Notes under the pieces: model-generated
What the model saw: only the letters and a program-made list of their open reading frames with translations
What the model was told of the DNA's origin: nothing
The model's database searches: none
From: an uncultured Planctomycetia bacterium
GTDB lineage: Bacteria > Omnitrophota > Gorgyraeia > JABMRG01
DNA: 52,326 bases
Reading direction: 5' to 3'
Assembly: GCA_964523875.1 (NCBI GenBank)
Contig: CAZGAS010000002.1
Location: forward strand, 20,432 to 72,757
Translations under genes and position numbers: made by a program
Shown here: positions 38,294 to 48,656 of the stretch, piece after piece
How the letters are laid out: the number at the start of each line of letters is the position of its first letter
How positions within the stretch are numbered: the stretch's first letter is position 1

Positions 38294-39521
38294 ACTTATT
38301 GTTCAGAAGTATGGTGGTAGCAGTGTCGCGGATATAGATAGGATAAAGAAGGTAGCAGGTAGAATCGCTAAGCAGAAGAAGAGGGGTTATGGAGTTGTGG
38401 CCGTTGTCTCAGCATTAGGTGATACAACAGATAAGCTTATAAGTCTTGCCCAGCAGATTACTGATTCGCCATCTGAGAGAGAAATGGATATGCTTATGTC
38501 AACAGGCGAACAGATTTCTATAGCGCTTCTTGCTATGGCGCTACACAGACTCGGGCTCGAGGCGATATCTTTTACAGGCGCGCAGGTTGGTATTATTACT
38601 GACGCTTCGCATACAAAGGCTAAGATACTTGATATAAACAGCAAAAGAATAGAGTCCGAGCTTAAAAAAGACAAGATTGTTATAGTCGCGGGATTCCAGG
38701 GCATAACTATATCGGATGATATCACAACTTTAGGCCGTGGCGGTTCTAATCTTACCGCGGTTGCCCTTGCAAAGGCATTGAGCGCGTCTACATGCGAGAT
38801 GTGTACTGATGTGAAAGGCGTATATACCGCTGATCCCCGCATTGTGCCTAGCGCGTGTAAGATAGCGCGTATAAGCTATGAAGAGATGCTTGAGCTTGCT
38901 TCGGCGGGGGTTCAAGTGTTACAGCCTCGCTCAATAGAGGTCGCGAAGAAGTTTAATGTCCCGATACATATAAGGCCGAGTTTTTCAGATACGAATGGTA
39001 CTATTATTTCTAAGGAGGTTAAAGCGATGGAAGATATAGTTGTAAGAGGTGTAGCCGTCAATAAGAATGAAGCCAAGATTACAATATGTGCCGTACCTGA
39101 TAAGCCCGGTATCGCGGCAAAGATATTCAAAAGAATAGCAGAGTCGAATATTAATATTGATATGATTATCCAGAATGTAAGCCGCACAGGTTATACAGAC
39201 ATTTCTTTTACCGTTATGGATAGAGACCTAAACAAGACTATTAAGATAACAGAACAAGTAGCCAGGAGCGTAGGTGCTGGTAATGTAGAATGTAATGATA
39301 ATATAGCAAAATTATCCATTGTTGGTATCGGTATGCGCAGTCATTCTGGAATAGCGTCAAGGATGTTTTCAGCTCTCGCGCGTAATAAGGTTAATATAGA
39401 TATGATCTCAACAAGCGAGATCAAGATAAGCTGTGTAATAAACAAGAAGAGTGTTACAAAGGCGGCTCGCGCTGTACATAGAGAGTTTAAATTGAGCCAT
39501 TCTTCTTCGAATGTTAAGTAG
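38280..39521 (+). CDS. lysC: Aspartate kinase (with tandem ACT domains)
   Basis: MLRHKLIVQKYGGSSV start at 38280. The track start at 38196 is an extension inside the upstream gene. GDTTD and GRGGSNLTAV blocks, plus ACT repeats. Confidence 0.94.
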   Translation: MLRHKLIVQKYGGSSVADIDRIKKVAGRIAKQKKRGYGVVAVVSALGDTTDKLISLAQQITDSPSEREMDMLMSTGEQISIALLAMALHRLGLEAISFTGAQVGIITDASHTKAKILDINSKRIESELKKDKIVIVAGFQGITISDDITTLGRGGSNLTAVALAKALSASTCEMCTDVKGVYTADPRIVPSACKIARISYEEMLELASAGVQVLQPRSIEVAKKFNVPIHIRPSFSDTNGTIISKEVKAMEDIVVRGVAVNKNEAKITICAVPDKPGIAAKIFKRIAESNINIDMIIQNVSRTGYTDISFTVMDRDLNKTIKITEQVARSVGAGNVECNDNIAKLSIVGIGMRSHSGIASRMFSALARNKVNIDMISTSEIKISCVINKKSVTKAARAVHREFKLSHSSSNVK

Positions 39522-39627
39522 GGTATTACTGCATAACTTTGAGATAATATAAAAAATTATTACAAAACTCAATATGTGCATAGTTGGTGTTACGTGAATA
39601 AAGCCCTTAAAAGAAGGTAGGATAAAA

Positions 39628-41187
39628 ATGAGAAAAGTCATACTTTATGATACGACATTAAGAGATGGAACCCAGGCAGAGGGTATATCTTTGACAGTAA
39701 ATGATAAACTAAGAATTGTCAGGAAGCTTGACGACCTGGGTATTGATTATATTGAAGGCGGATGGCCTGGTTCAAACCCGAAAGACATGGAGTTTTTTAT
39801 CAAGGTGACGAAATTAAAACTTAAGAATGCAAAGATTACCGCGTTCGGGTCAACAAGAAGGGCGCATACAAAGCCATCACAGGATCTCAATATCAAGGCG
39901 TTGTTAAGATCCGGTTGCAAAGTATGCACAGTTTTTGGGAAAAGCTGGGATATGCATGTAAGAGATGTTCTTAAGGTCTCGCTTGATGAAAATCTGAATA
40001 TGATAAGTGATACCATCCATTACCTGAAGTCAAAGAAAAAGAAAGTATTTTTTGACGCGGAACATTTTTTTGATGGACATAAACACAATCCCGATTATGC
40101 GTTTAAGACCCTCAAGGTAGCACAAGACGCGGGGGCAGAAGCAATAATATTATGCGATACTAACGGAGGAATACTTACCAGCGAATTAACGGATGTGGTG
40201 CTACAAGTAAGGCCCCGCATAAGTGTTTCACTTGGGATCCATTGTCATAATGACAGTGAGATGGCAGTAGCTAATTCCGTGGCAGCTGTTATGGCAGGCT
40301 GTGACCATGTTCAAGGCACAATAAACGGCTATGGAGAGCGTTGCGGTAATGCTAACCTTTGTTCAATTATACCTTCATTGCAGGTTAAGCTTGGTATGGA
40401 GTGTCTTAGCATGATGAAATTGAGAGAGCTTACAGAGGTATCGCACTATATTGCGGAGGCATGTAACATGAAACAGCTTGATACTCAGGCCTTTGTAGGT
40501 AATAGTGCCTTTGCGCATAAGGCTGGTGTACATGTTAACGCAGTTATTAAGAAAACGCAATCGTACGAGCATATGGAACCTCAGATGATAGGAAATAAAA
40601 GGCGCATACTTGTTTCAGAGCTTTCAGGTAAAAGTACTCTCCTGACAAAGGCGAGAGAACTGCATATCGGTTTGAGGAAAAACAGCGCTCATACGCAGAA
40701 GATACTAAAACTGTTACAGGATATGGAATATCAGGGGTATCACTTTGAAGCCGCGGAGGCATCTTTTGAGCTTCTTATTAACAGGCATATGAAAAAATAT
40801 AAGCGGTTTTTTGAGCTTGAGGGTTTTAGGGTGATTAATGAGAAGGATGAAGATGGCTCCCTTTATTCTGAAGCCAGAATAAAGATTAAGGTAGGAAAGA
40901 GTGTTAAGCATACTGTATGCGAAGGAGAAGGGCCTATTGACGCGTTAGATGGAGCGTTGAGAGAGTCGCTTATTGGTTTTTATCCAAAGCTTGCGGGTAT
41001 GCATCTTTCTGATTTTAAGGTTAGGGTACTGGATGAAAAGGCTGGTACAGCGGCTAATGTCCGTGTTCTTATCCAGTCACAGGATAGCGAAAAATCCTGG
41101 TGGACAATAGGGGTATCAGAGAATATCATTGAAGCTGGTTGGCAGGCTTTGGCAGATAGTGTAGAATATAAACTATTTAAGGGCTGA
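39628..41187 (+). CDS. cimA: Citramalate synthase (CimA-type member of the isopropylmalate/homocitrate synthase family)
   Basis: 519 aa. YDTTLRDGTQAEG, HCHNDSEMAVAN, and a LeuA-dimer-like C-terminal domain. The length and N-terminus fit the CimA subgroup; assignment versus LeuA is by family resemblance only. Confidence 0.8.
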   Translation: MRKVILYDTTLRDGTQAEGISLTVNDKLRIVRKLDDLGIDYIEGGWPGSNPKDMEFFIKVTKLKLKNAKITAFGSTRRAHTKPSQDLNIKALLRSGCKVCTVFGKSWDMHVRDVLKVSLDENLNMISDTIHYLKSKKKKVFFDAEHFFDGHKHNPDYAFKTLKVAQDAGAEAIILCDTNGGILTSELTDVVLQVRPRISVSLGIHCHNDSEMAVANSVAAVMAGCDHVQGTINGYGERCGNANLCSIIPSLQVKLGMECLSMMKLRELTEVSHYIAEACNMKQLDTQAFVGNSAFAHKAGVHVNAVIKKTQSYEHMEPQMIGNKRRILVSELSGKSTLLTKARELHIGLRKNSAHTQKILKLLQDMEYQGYHFEAAEASFELLINRHMKKYKRFFELEGFRVINEKDEDGSLYSEARIKIKVGKSVKHTVCEGEGPIDALDGALRESLIGFYPKLAGMHLSDFKVRVLDEKAGTAANVRVLIQSQDSEKSWWTIGVSENIIEAGWQALADSVEYKLFKG

Positions 41188-43895
41188 TGAGAGATCTAGA
41201 AAAAACATATAACGCGAAAACGATAGAAAGCAATGTCTATAATATCTGGCAGGAGAGAGGCTTGTTTGGTGCTAAGGTTTCTTTGAATAAAAAACCCTAC
41301 GCGATTGTTATTCCGCCCCCCAATATTACCGGCATACTTCACATGGGCCACGCGCTCAATAATACTATACAGGATATTCTTGTTAGATATAAGCGCATGC
41401 AGGGTTGTGAAGCTCTATGGATGCCGGGAACAGATCACGCTGGTATCGCTACCCAAAATGTTGTTGAGAGAAAACTTTTAAAGGAAGGCAAGAGGCGCCA
41501 CGATCTCGGTAGAAAAGAGTTTGTAAACGAGGTCTGGAAATGGCAGAAGGAATACGGTGGTACGATTATAAAGCAGCTTAAGTTTCTTGGCGCGTCCTGT
41601 GATTGGCAGAGAGAAAGATTTACCATGGATGAAGGCTTATCAGATGCGGTGATCGAGGTCTTTATCCGTCTTTATGAAAAAGGACTTATTTATAGGGGCA
41701 ATTATATAATTAACTGGTGCCCGAGGTGTCAAACAGCGCTTTCAGATGAAGAAGTTGAGCATAGAGATGTTGATGGCCACCTATATTATATAAAATATTC
41801 TATCAAAGATTCCAATGATTATATCGTTGTCGCGACTACAAGGCCTGAGACCATGCTCGGAGATACAGCCATAGCCGTAAATCCGAAGGATAAAAGATAT
41901 AAGCATTTAATAGGCGGCATAGTGGTTTTACCTATAATAAATCGTGAATTAAAAGTCATAGCAGATATCATTGTTGATCCTGAATTTGGAACTGGTGCTG
42001 TAAAAGTTACTCCAGCTCATGACCCCAATGACTTTCGAATGGGCAAAAAGCACGCGTTAGAAGAGTTGAATATTATGCGCCCTGATGGTACGTTGAATGA
42101 GAACGCGGGTGATTTTGAAGGCATGGACAGGTTTGAGGCTCGTGGAGCCCTCCTAGAGGTCTTAGGAGAAAAAAGGCTTATAGAGAAGATAGAACCTCAT
42201 AAGCATGCCGTAGGCCATTGCTATCGCTGCCATACTATTGTTGAGCCATATCTTTCGAAGCAATGGTTTGTTAAGATGAAGCCACTGGCAGAGCCCGCGA
42301 TTAAGGCGGTCGAGGAGAACAAGATAAAGTTTTATCCAAACAGATGGAGAAAGGTTTATCTTGATTGGATGTATAACATACGTGATTGGTGCATAAGCAG
42401 GCAGATATGGTGGGGGCATCGTTTGCCTGTCTATTACTGCCTGGCATGCAGCGATAACACCGAGGGCAAGGATAGAGGTCAAGGAATAATTGTATCAAAA
42501 ACAAAACCTGACAGATGCCCATATTGCGGGGGAACTGATATAACCCAGGACCCTGATGTTTTGGATACATGGTTTTCATCCTGGCTTTGGCCATTTTCAA
42601 CCTTTGGTTGGCCGTTTGATTCGTCGTGGGTTGCGCGTGATGTATCATGCGGAAAAAATGATGTTAAAGACACGCAATACAATGAGTTTAAGTATTTTTA
42701 TCCAACAGCGTGCCTTGTAACGGCGCAGGAGATTATATTTTTCTGGGTTGCCCGGATGATAATGGCAGGGCTTGAATTTTGCAAAGAAATTCCGTTTAAG
42801 GATGTATACATACATGGAACAGTACGTGATAAGACAGGCACCAAGATGTCAAAATCACTGGGCAACACTATAGATCCATTAGAGATAATTAAGGAGTACG
42901 GTACAGACGCGCTTCGCTTTAGTATTATTTCTATTACCGCCGCCGGGCAGGATGTCTTTTTATCAAAAGACAGATTTGAGGCAGGCAGAAATTTCTCTAA
43001 TAAGCTCTGGAACGTTTCAAGGTTTTTAATGATGAATTTAGAACCCGGTGTAACGGGGGCTTTAAGTGATATCAACACAAAAGACCTTACTTTAGTGGAT
43101 CGATGGTTACTGGCATCGCTTAATAACGCAATCGAGGGCACAACTAGGTCACTTGATTCTTACAGGTTTAACGACGCGTCCAATACGGTTTATGATTTTT
43201 TATGGCACAAATATTGTGATTGGTATGTAGAGATTTCTAAGTCTTCAATAAAAAATAAGCAGACACAACTTATCCTATATAGCGTATTAAAAGCTTCTTT
43301 ACAGTTATTACATCCTGTAATGCCTTTTATAACAGAGGAACTCTGGCAGGCGTTTGATTCAGGAGAGTCTATTATGGTCTCATCATGGCCAAAGGCTGAT
43401 AAACGCTTCGTTGATAGACAGGCAAGTGATTGTATGGAGAAGATTATCGCTATCATTACTGCTATAAGAAATATTCGCGCGGAGATGAATATAGCCCCTA
43501 AATTGAAGATAGATGTATTAATTAGCAGTAAAGATACCGCACTCAAGCATTTTTTAGAAGAGGTTAAGACTTATACCGGTAGGCTTTCAGGCGCTGAGAA
43601 TATTTTGATTGAAGATAAGATTAACCAGCCAAAGGCATCGGCATCAAGCATTCTTAACTTTTGCCAGATATACGTCCCCTTACAAGGAAAAGTAGATATA
43701 GCCGTTGAGAAGGCAAGGCTTAGTAAGAATCTTGCTGAATCAGAAAGATTTCTTAACAGTCTGGCTAAAAAACTTAGTAATGGCTCCTTTATAGATAGAG
43801 CACCCAAGGAGATAGTAGAGAAAGAAAGGCAGAAAGAATTTGTGCTCAAAGAAAAGATAGCTCGCATAAAAGAGACTATTGAAAACCTAGCCTGA
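41187..43895 (+). CDS. valS: Valine--tRNA ligase
   Basis: 902 aa. HMGH (HIGH motif), KMSKS, a CP1 editing domain and a C-terminal coiled coil. TGATG overlap with cimA. Confidence 0.98.
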   Translation: MRDLEKTYNAKTIESNVYNIWQERGLFGAKVSLNKKPYAIVIPPPNITGILHMGHALNNTIQDILVRYKRMQGCEALWMPGTDHAGIATQNVVERKLLKEGKRRHDLGRKEFVNEVWKWQKEYGGTIIKQLKFLGASCDWQRERFTMDEGLSDAVIEVFIRLYEKGLIYRGNYIINWCPRCQTALSDEEVEHRDVDGHLYYIKYSIKDSNDYIVVATTRPETMLGDTAIAVNPKDKRYKHLIGGIVVLPIINRELKVIADIIVDPEFGTGAVKVTPAHDPNDFRMGKKHALEELNIMRPDGTLNENAGDFEGMDRFEARGALLEVLGEKRLIEKIEPHKHAVGHCYRCHTIVEPYLSKQWFVKMKPLAEPAIKAVEENKIKFYPNRWRKVYLDWMYNIRDWCISRQIWWGHRLPVYYCLACSDNTEGKDRGQGIIVSKTKPDRCPYCGGTDITQDPDVLDTWFSSWLWPFSTFGWPFDSSWVARDVSCGKNDVKDTQYNEFKYFYPTACLVTAQEIIFFWVARMIMAGLEFCKEIPFKDVYIHGTVRDKTGTKMSKSLGNTIDPLEIIKEYGTDALRFSIISITAAGQDVFLSKDRFEAGRNFSNKLWNVSRFLMMNLEPGVTGALSDINTKDLTLVDRWLLASLNNAIEGTTRSLDSYRFNDASNTVYDFLWHKYCDWYVEISKSSIKNKQTQLILYSVLKASLQLLHPVMPFITEELWQAFDSGESIMVSSWPKADKRFVDRQASDCMEKIIAIITAIRNIRAEMNIAPKLKIDVLISSKDTALKHFLEEVKTYTGRLSGAENILIEDKINQPKASASSILNFCQIYVPLQGKVDIAVEKARLSKNLAESERFLNSLAKKLSNGSFIDRAPKEIVEKERQKEFVLKEKIARIKETIENLA

Positions 43896-43961
43896 ATAGG
43901 CGATTCTGGTAAGCAGGTCCTTTTAGCTGTATCGGAATTAAAAATTGCTATACCATAAGCC

Positions 43962-44693
43962 ATGTCACCAATTATCCGTATAAATAAACTATTATCGCAA
44001 TTAGGCATCGCCTCACGGCGTAAAGCAGATGATCTTATCAAGCAGGGTAAGGTTGTTATGAATGGTTCCTGCCTTTTAACCCCCGGGGTATCTGTTGATA
44101 CCGAGAAAGATAAAATCAAAATTGACGGGGTAGCTATATCATTAAAAATAGATAAGCCTCGCCTTTATCTTTTGCTCAATAAGCCTTGTGGTTACATAAC
44201 GACTCTAAGAGATACGCATAACAGAAGGACTGTTATGGACATTGTCCCTAAGGATAAAGGCCTTTTTCCTGTTGGGAGGCTGGACAAAGATACTACAGGT
44301 CTTTTAATCTTAACGAATGATGGCGAGCTCGCTCACCGCATGATGCACCCGCGTTATGAAATGGAAAAGCTCTATAAGGTAACAGTTGCAGGCGCTCTTA
44401 AAAGAGGGGATATCGCGAAGCTTGAAAGCGGTGTGGATATAGGCGATGAAAGACCCTCGGTTTGTAAAATTCACGATCTAATATCATTAACAGGTTCAAC
44501 AAATATTACCGTTGAATTGCATGAGGGCAGAAAAAGGCAGATAAGAAGAACATTTGATGTGCTGGGATATAAGATTTTAAGCTTAAAGAGAACGGTTTAT
44601 GCCGGGCTTACGTTGGATATTAAAGAAGGCTCTTATAGAGAGTTGACTGATCAAGAGGTATTGTTGTTGAGTACGAAAGTGGGCTTAAAATGA
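43962..44693 (+). CDS. RsuA/RluB-family pseudouridine synthase with N-terminal S4 domain
   Basis: 243 aa. S4-like INKLLSQLGIASRRKADDLIKQGKV and the catalytic GRLDKDTTGLLILTNDG. Confidence 0.9.
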   Translation: MSPIIRINKLLSQLGIASRRKADDLIKQGKVVMNGSCLLTPGVSVDTEKDKIKIDGVAISLKIDKPRLYLLLNKPCGYITTLRDTHNRRTVMDIVPKDKGLFPVGRLDKDTTGLLILTNDGELAHRMMHPRYEMEKLYKVTVAGALKRGDIAKLESGVDIGDERPSVCKIHDLISLTGSTNITVELHEGRKRQIRRTFDVLGYKILSLKRTVYAGLTLDIKEGSYRELTDQEVLLLSTKVGLK

Positions 44694-45583
44694 TTATAGA
44701 CTCTCAAATTAAAAAGCTAATACGCGCGGCGCTAAAAGAGGATATCGGTTCAGGTGACATCACTACGAATTCGATATTTTCCAAGTCGAAAAAAGGTAGG
44801 TTCGTTATGCTTGCTTGCGAGAAGTCTGTAATATCGGGTCTTTCTATAGCAAAGGCTGTATTTAAAACAGTTGATCCTAAGGTCAGGTTTATCCCTCTTA
44901 TGAAGGATGGTATGCATACCATTGCGCATAGCGAGATAGCATATATTAATGGTCGATGCAGGTCTATATTAGCAGCGGAAAGAACAGCGTTGAATTTTTT
45001 ATCATGGCTTTCAGGTGTCTCATCATTAACGAGCCGTTTTATCAAGGCCGTAGAAGGTATACAGGTGCAAATTATGGACACCAGAAAGACTACACCTGTT
45101 TTTAGGCGCATGCAAAAGTACGCAGTAAAGATGGGTGGCGGGACTAACAATAGAGTAGGGCTTTGTGATCAGATCCTTATTAAAGATAATCATATAGCTA
45201 TGATGATAAAGCTTACAGATAGCATGAACACAGAAGCTGCGTTAAAAAGTCTTCTGGAGAGGTTTCAAAAGAGAACAGGCAGATGTAAAAAAATACAAAT
45301 CGAAGTCCATAATTTAGCGATGCTTAGGACAGTTCTTAAATACAGCCCCGATATCATAATGCTTGATAACATGAGCATAGCTAGTATGAAAAAGGCGGTA
45401 AAGATAAGAGACGCCTATAGAACTAAGGCAGGCGGAAGAGATATTAAGGCGGTTCTTGAGGCTTCCGGAGGAGTGAATATCGATAATGTAAGAAGCATTG
45501 CTGCTATTGGGGTCGACCGAATATCTATAGGCGCGCTTACTCATTCAGTTCCATCCGCTGACATTTCCCTTGAAGTAAGATAA
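44690..45583 (+). CDS. nadC: Nicotinate-nucleotide pyrophosphorylase (quinolinate phosphoribosyltransferase)
   Basis: 297 aa. AERTALNFL, TRKTTP, LIKDNH and MLDNM blocks. Confidence 0.93.
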   Translation: MIIDSQIKKLIRAALKEDIGSGDITTNSIFSKSKKGRFVMLACEKSVISGLSIAKAVFKTVDPKVRFIPLMKDGMHTIAHSEIAYINGRCRSILAAERTALNFLSWLSGVSSLTSRFIKAVEGIQVQIMDTRKTTPVFRRMQKYAVKMGGGTNNRVGLCDQILIKDNHIAMMIKLTDSMNTEAALKSLLERFQKRTGRCKKIQIEVHNLAMLRTVLKYSPDIIMLDNMSIASMKKAVKIRDAYRTKAGGRDIKAVLEASGGVNIDNVRSIAAIGVDRISIGALTHSVPSADISLEVR

Positions 45584-45587
45584 TACT

Positions 45588-45664
45588 CGTCGCGTGTTAT
45601 GCGTATTGAGTATTGCGTATTTGTTTTTACGCAATACGCACGACACAATACGCAATACGAAACA
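45588..45664. repeat. Imperfect palindrome built from eleven 7-mers (CGTATTG-type arm, dyad, CGCAATA-type arm) between nadC and uvrB
   Basis: Reads as cgtcgcg tgttatg cgtattg agtattg cgtattt gttttta cgcaata cgcacga cacaata cgcaata cgaaaca. The central 9-bp stem pairs GTATTGCGT (45610-18) with ACGCAATAC (45629-37). Confidence 0.85.
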
Positions 45665-45672
45665 TAAAAATT

Positions 45673-47637
45673 ATGGAAAAATTCAAGATTAAGAGTGATT
45701 TTAAGCCATGTGGCGATCAGCCTCAGGCTATAGAGAAGATAACAAAAGGTCTGCTTGATGGTAAAAGATACCAGACTCTTTTAGGGGTAACGGGAAGTGG
45801 TAAGACCTTTACAATGGCTAATGTTATAGCTAACGTCAATCAGCCAACGTTGATTATCTCCCACAATAAGACGCTCGCTGCCCAACTCTATAGTGAATTT
45901 AAGGAATTCTTCCCGGAAAATGCCGTGGAATATTTTGTAAGTTACTATGACTATTACCAGCCCGAAGCTTATATTCCGCATACGGATACATATATAGAAA
46001 AAGACGCGTCAATAAATGATGAGCTTGATCGCTTGCGTCTTTCCGCGACAACATCTCTTTCCTCCCGTAATGATGTTATTATCGTCTCGAGCGTGTCATG
46101 CATATATAACCTGGGTTCTCCGCAGGATTATAGCGAGCTTTTACTTTTTTTAAAAACCGGTACAGAGATTTCACGTGAGGATATGCTTGAATCTTTGGTT
46201 AATATTCATTATGAAAGAAATGACATTGATTTTTCACGCGGAAAATTTCGTGTCAGAGGTGATACTATAGAGATATTCCCCTCGTACAAACAAGACGCTA
46301 TAAGGGTAGAGCTTTTCAATGACAATATTGAAAAGATAAGTATTATTAATCCGCTTACGGGAAATTCAAAGCAGGACTTGCCTAGGGTAGCTATATATCC
46401 CGGGAAGCATTTTGTAACCACTAAAGAGAAGATCGACAAGGGGCTTATCACAATACGAAAAGAGCTTAACGAGAGATTAAAGGTTCTTAAGGATCAGAAT
46501 AAGTTTCTTGAGTCAGAGAGACTTAAATCCAGGACGAATTACGATATGGAGATGCTTAAAGAGGCAGGCTTTTGCAATGGAATTGAAAACTATTCGCGCC
46601 ACTTATCAGGCAGGCCTGAAGGCTCACGTCCGTATACATTGATTGATTACTTTCAGGATAATTTTTTAGTTATTATGGATGAGTCTCATGTTACAGTTCC
46701 TCAGATACGTGGTATGTATGAAGGTGACCATTCGCGTAAAAAGACTCTTGTTAGCCACGGTTTTAGGCTTCCTTCATGCCTTGATAACAGGCCATTAAAG
46801 TTTAACGAATTTGAATCCCTCGTAAAGCAGGCTATTTTTGTCTCCGCTACTCCAGCGGATTATGAGAAAAAGAAATCAAAAAATCTTATAGAGCAGCTAG
46901 TAAGGCCTACGGGCCTACTAGATCCGGAAATAATCATCAAGCCTTCAAAGAATCAGATTGATGATATTATTACGCTCATTAAAGGCCGCGCTAAGCTTAA
47001 GGAACGAGTACTCGTTACCACGCTTACTAAACGTATGGCTGAGGACCTATCTTCTTATCTGAATGAATTAGGTTTAAACGTAGAATATATGCACTCAGAC
47101 CTTGGTGCTATAGAGCGGGTTAAGATATTACAGGACTTAAGAAAACATAAGTTTGATTGTCTTGTAGGAATTAATCTTTTGAGGGAAGGCCTGGATTTGC
47201 CTGAGGTATCACTAGTTTGCATACTGGATGCGGATAAAGAAGGCTTTTTAAGGAGTGCCACATCGCTTATACAGGTTGCCGGACGTGCCGCCCGCAATAT
47301 AAACAGCCAGGTAGTCATGTATGCTGATACTATAACCGGTTCTATGAAAAAGGCTATTGAAGAGACAGACCGCAGAAGAAAAAACCAAGTTGAGTACAAC
47401 AGGAAAAATAATATAACGCCTAAGACTATTATGAAAGGCATTAAAGGCGGTATTGAAAACCTCCGCGAATCAGAGAATATTGTAGCAGAGGCCGCAGGGG
47501 AAACCATTAGGGAACATGAAACGCGTCAGGTAATAGCTGAGTTGCAGCATGAGATGGAGATATCCGCACGCAACCTTCAGTTTGAGAAGGCCGCGTATTT
47601 TAGGGATGAGATTGAGAATCTCGAGAAGAAGCTCTAA
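45673..47637 (+). CDS. uvrB: Excinuclease ABC subunit B
   Basis: [20 protein letters not shown] start. GVTGSGKT Walker A, DESH, helicase motifs and a C-terminal UVR domain ([13 protein letters not shown]). The track start at 45613 runs through the repeat element. Confidence 0.97.
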   Translation: MEKFKIKSDFKPCGDQPQAIEKITKGLLDGKRYQTLLGVTGSGKTFTMANVIANVNQPTLIISHNKTLAAQLYSEFKEFFPENAVEYFVSYYDYYQPEAYIPHTDTYIEKDASINDELDRLRLSATTSLSSRNDVIIVSSVSCIYNLGSPQDYSELLLFLKTGTEISREDMLESLVNIHYERNDIDFSRGKFRVRGDTIEIFPSYKQDAIRVELFNDNIEKISIINPLTGNSKQDLPRVAIYPGKHFVTTKEKIDKGLITIRKELNERLKVLKDQNKFLESERLKSRTNYDMEMLKEAGFCNGIENYSRHLSGRPEGSRPYTLIDYFQDNFLVIMDESHVTVPQIRGMYEGDHSRKKTLVSHGFRLPSCLDNRPLKFNEFESLVKQAIFVSATPADYEKKKSKNLIEQLVRPTGLLDPEIIIKPSKNQIDDIITLIKGRAKLKERVLVTTLTKRMAEDLSSYLNELGLNVEYMHSDLGAIERVKILQDLRKHKFDCLVGINLLREGLDLPEVSLVCILDADKEGFLRSATSLIQVAGRAARNINSQVVMYADTITGSMKKAIEETDRRRKNQVEYNRKNNITPKTIMKGIKGGIENLRESENIVAEAAGETIREHETRQVIAELQHEMEISARNLQFEKAAYFRDEIENLEKKL

Positions 47638-47663
47638 GCTTAACTGTATACAGGATTAATAAC

Positions 47664-48623
47664 ATGGAAGAGAAGATCTTAAAGCTATTCAAGAAAAAGC
47701 CAGAGCATTATCTTTCCGGTGAGCAGGTAAGCAGGTCGCTTGATATTACTCGTTCCGCTTTTTGGAAACATATAGAGAAGCTGCGTATGCATGGCTATGA
47801 ATTTGATGCTGTGCCACACCTCGGCTATCGCCTTAGAAAGATTCCTGACAAACTTTACCCGTTTGAGATATCTCCTATGCTTAAGACCAGGATTATTGGA
47901 AAGGATATTGTTTATCATGATACAGTAGGATCTACTAACACGATTGCGTATAATCTTGCGAAAAGCGGGGCGAAAGAAGGCACCGTTGTGGTAGCGGAGA
48001 AGCAGACTAAAGGCAGGGGTAGGCTTTCCCGCGTATGGTCTTCACCAAAAGAAAAAGGTATATATCTTTCAATTATTTTGCGGCCGAAAATAACACCTTT
48101 TAAGGCTCCTGTAATGACGCTTATGGCCGCGGTTAGTCTTGCGCAGGCGATTAGGGAAAACGCTGATGTTCAGGCTTTTATTAAATGGCCCAATGATATT
48201 CTCATAGATGAAAAGAAAGTAGCGGGTATTCTTATGGAGATGGAAGCAGAGGCTGATTCTGTAAGATTTTTAATATTGGGTATTGGTATAAATGTGACTG
48301 CAAAAGATTCAGAATTACCAATAGGTGCAACCTCTGTAATGCAAGAGACTGATAATTTTTCCTCAAGGCCAATATTCGTAAAGGTGTTATTGGAAAGATT
48401 AGAGCACAACTACTTGTTGATTCAGAGAGAAGGCTTCTCACCGATTAGGACAGAGTGGAAGAATCTCTCTGTGACACTTGGACGCAGGATAAGGGCGACC
48501 TGCATGCATAAAACAATAGAAGGCGAGGCAGTTGATATTGATCCGGATGGAGGACTAAAAATAAGGCTGGATAATGGTTTTTCTGAAAAGATTATGGCCG
48601 GAGATTTGGCGCTATTGCGATAA
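47664..48623 (+). CDS. birA: Bifunctional biotin--[acetyl-CoA-carboxylase] ligase / transcriptional repressor
   Basis: 319 aa. N-terminal wHTH (YLSGEQVSRSLDITRSAFWKHIEKLR), KGRGRLSRVWSS biotin-binding loop and KWPNDI. Confidence 0.93.
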   Translation: MEEKILKLFKKKPEHYLSGEQVSRSLDITRSAFWKHIEKLRMHGYEFDAVPHLGYRLRKIPDKLYPFEISPMLKTRIIGKDIVYHDTVGSTNTIAYNLAKSGAKEGTVVVAEKQTKGRGRLSRVWSSPKEKGIYLSIILRPKITPFKAPVMTLMAAVSLAQAIRENADVQAFIKWPNDILIDEKKVAGILMEMEAEADSVRFLILGIGINVTAKDSELPIGATSVMQETDNFSSRPIFVKVLLERLEHNYLLIQREGFSPIRTEWKNLSVTLGRRIRATCMHKTIEGEAVDIDPDGGLKIRLDNGFSEKIMAGDLALLR

Positions 48624-48656
48624 TCATTGCCTGGTTTGACACTGTCCCGATTAAAA

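Noticed and set aside
47643-47652. The perfect palindrome CTGTATACAG between uvrB and birA could be a LexA box or a BirA operator.
   Set aside because: The spacing is CTGT-N2-ACAG, not the N8 of the E. coli-type SOS box. It does not resemble known BirA operators, it overlaps the birA SD region, and it has no counterpart upstream of recA or uvrB.
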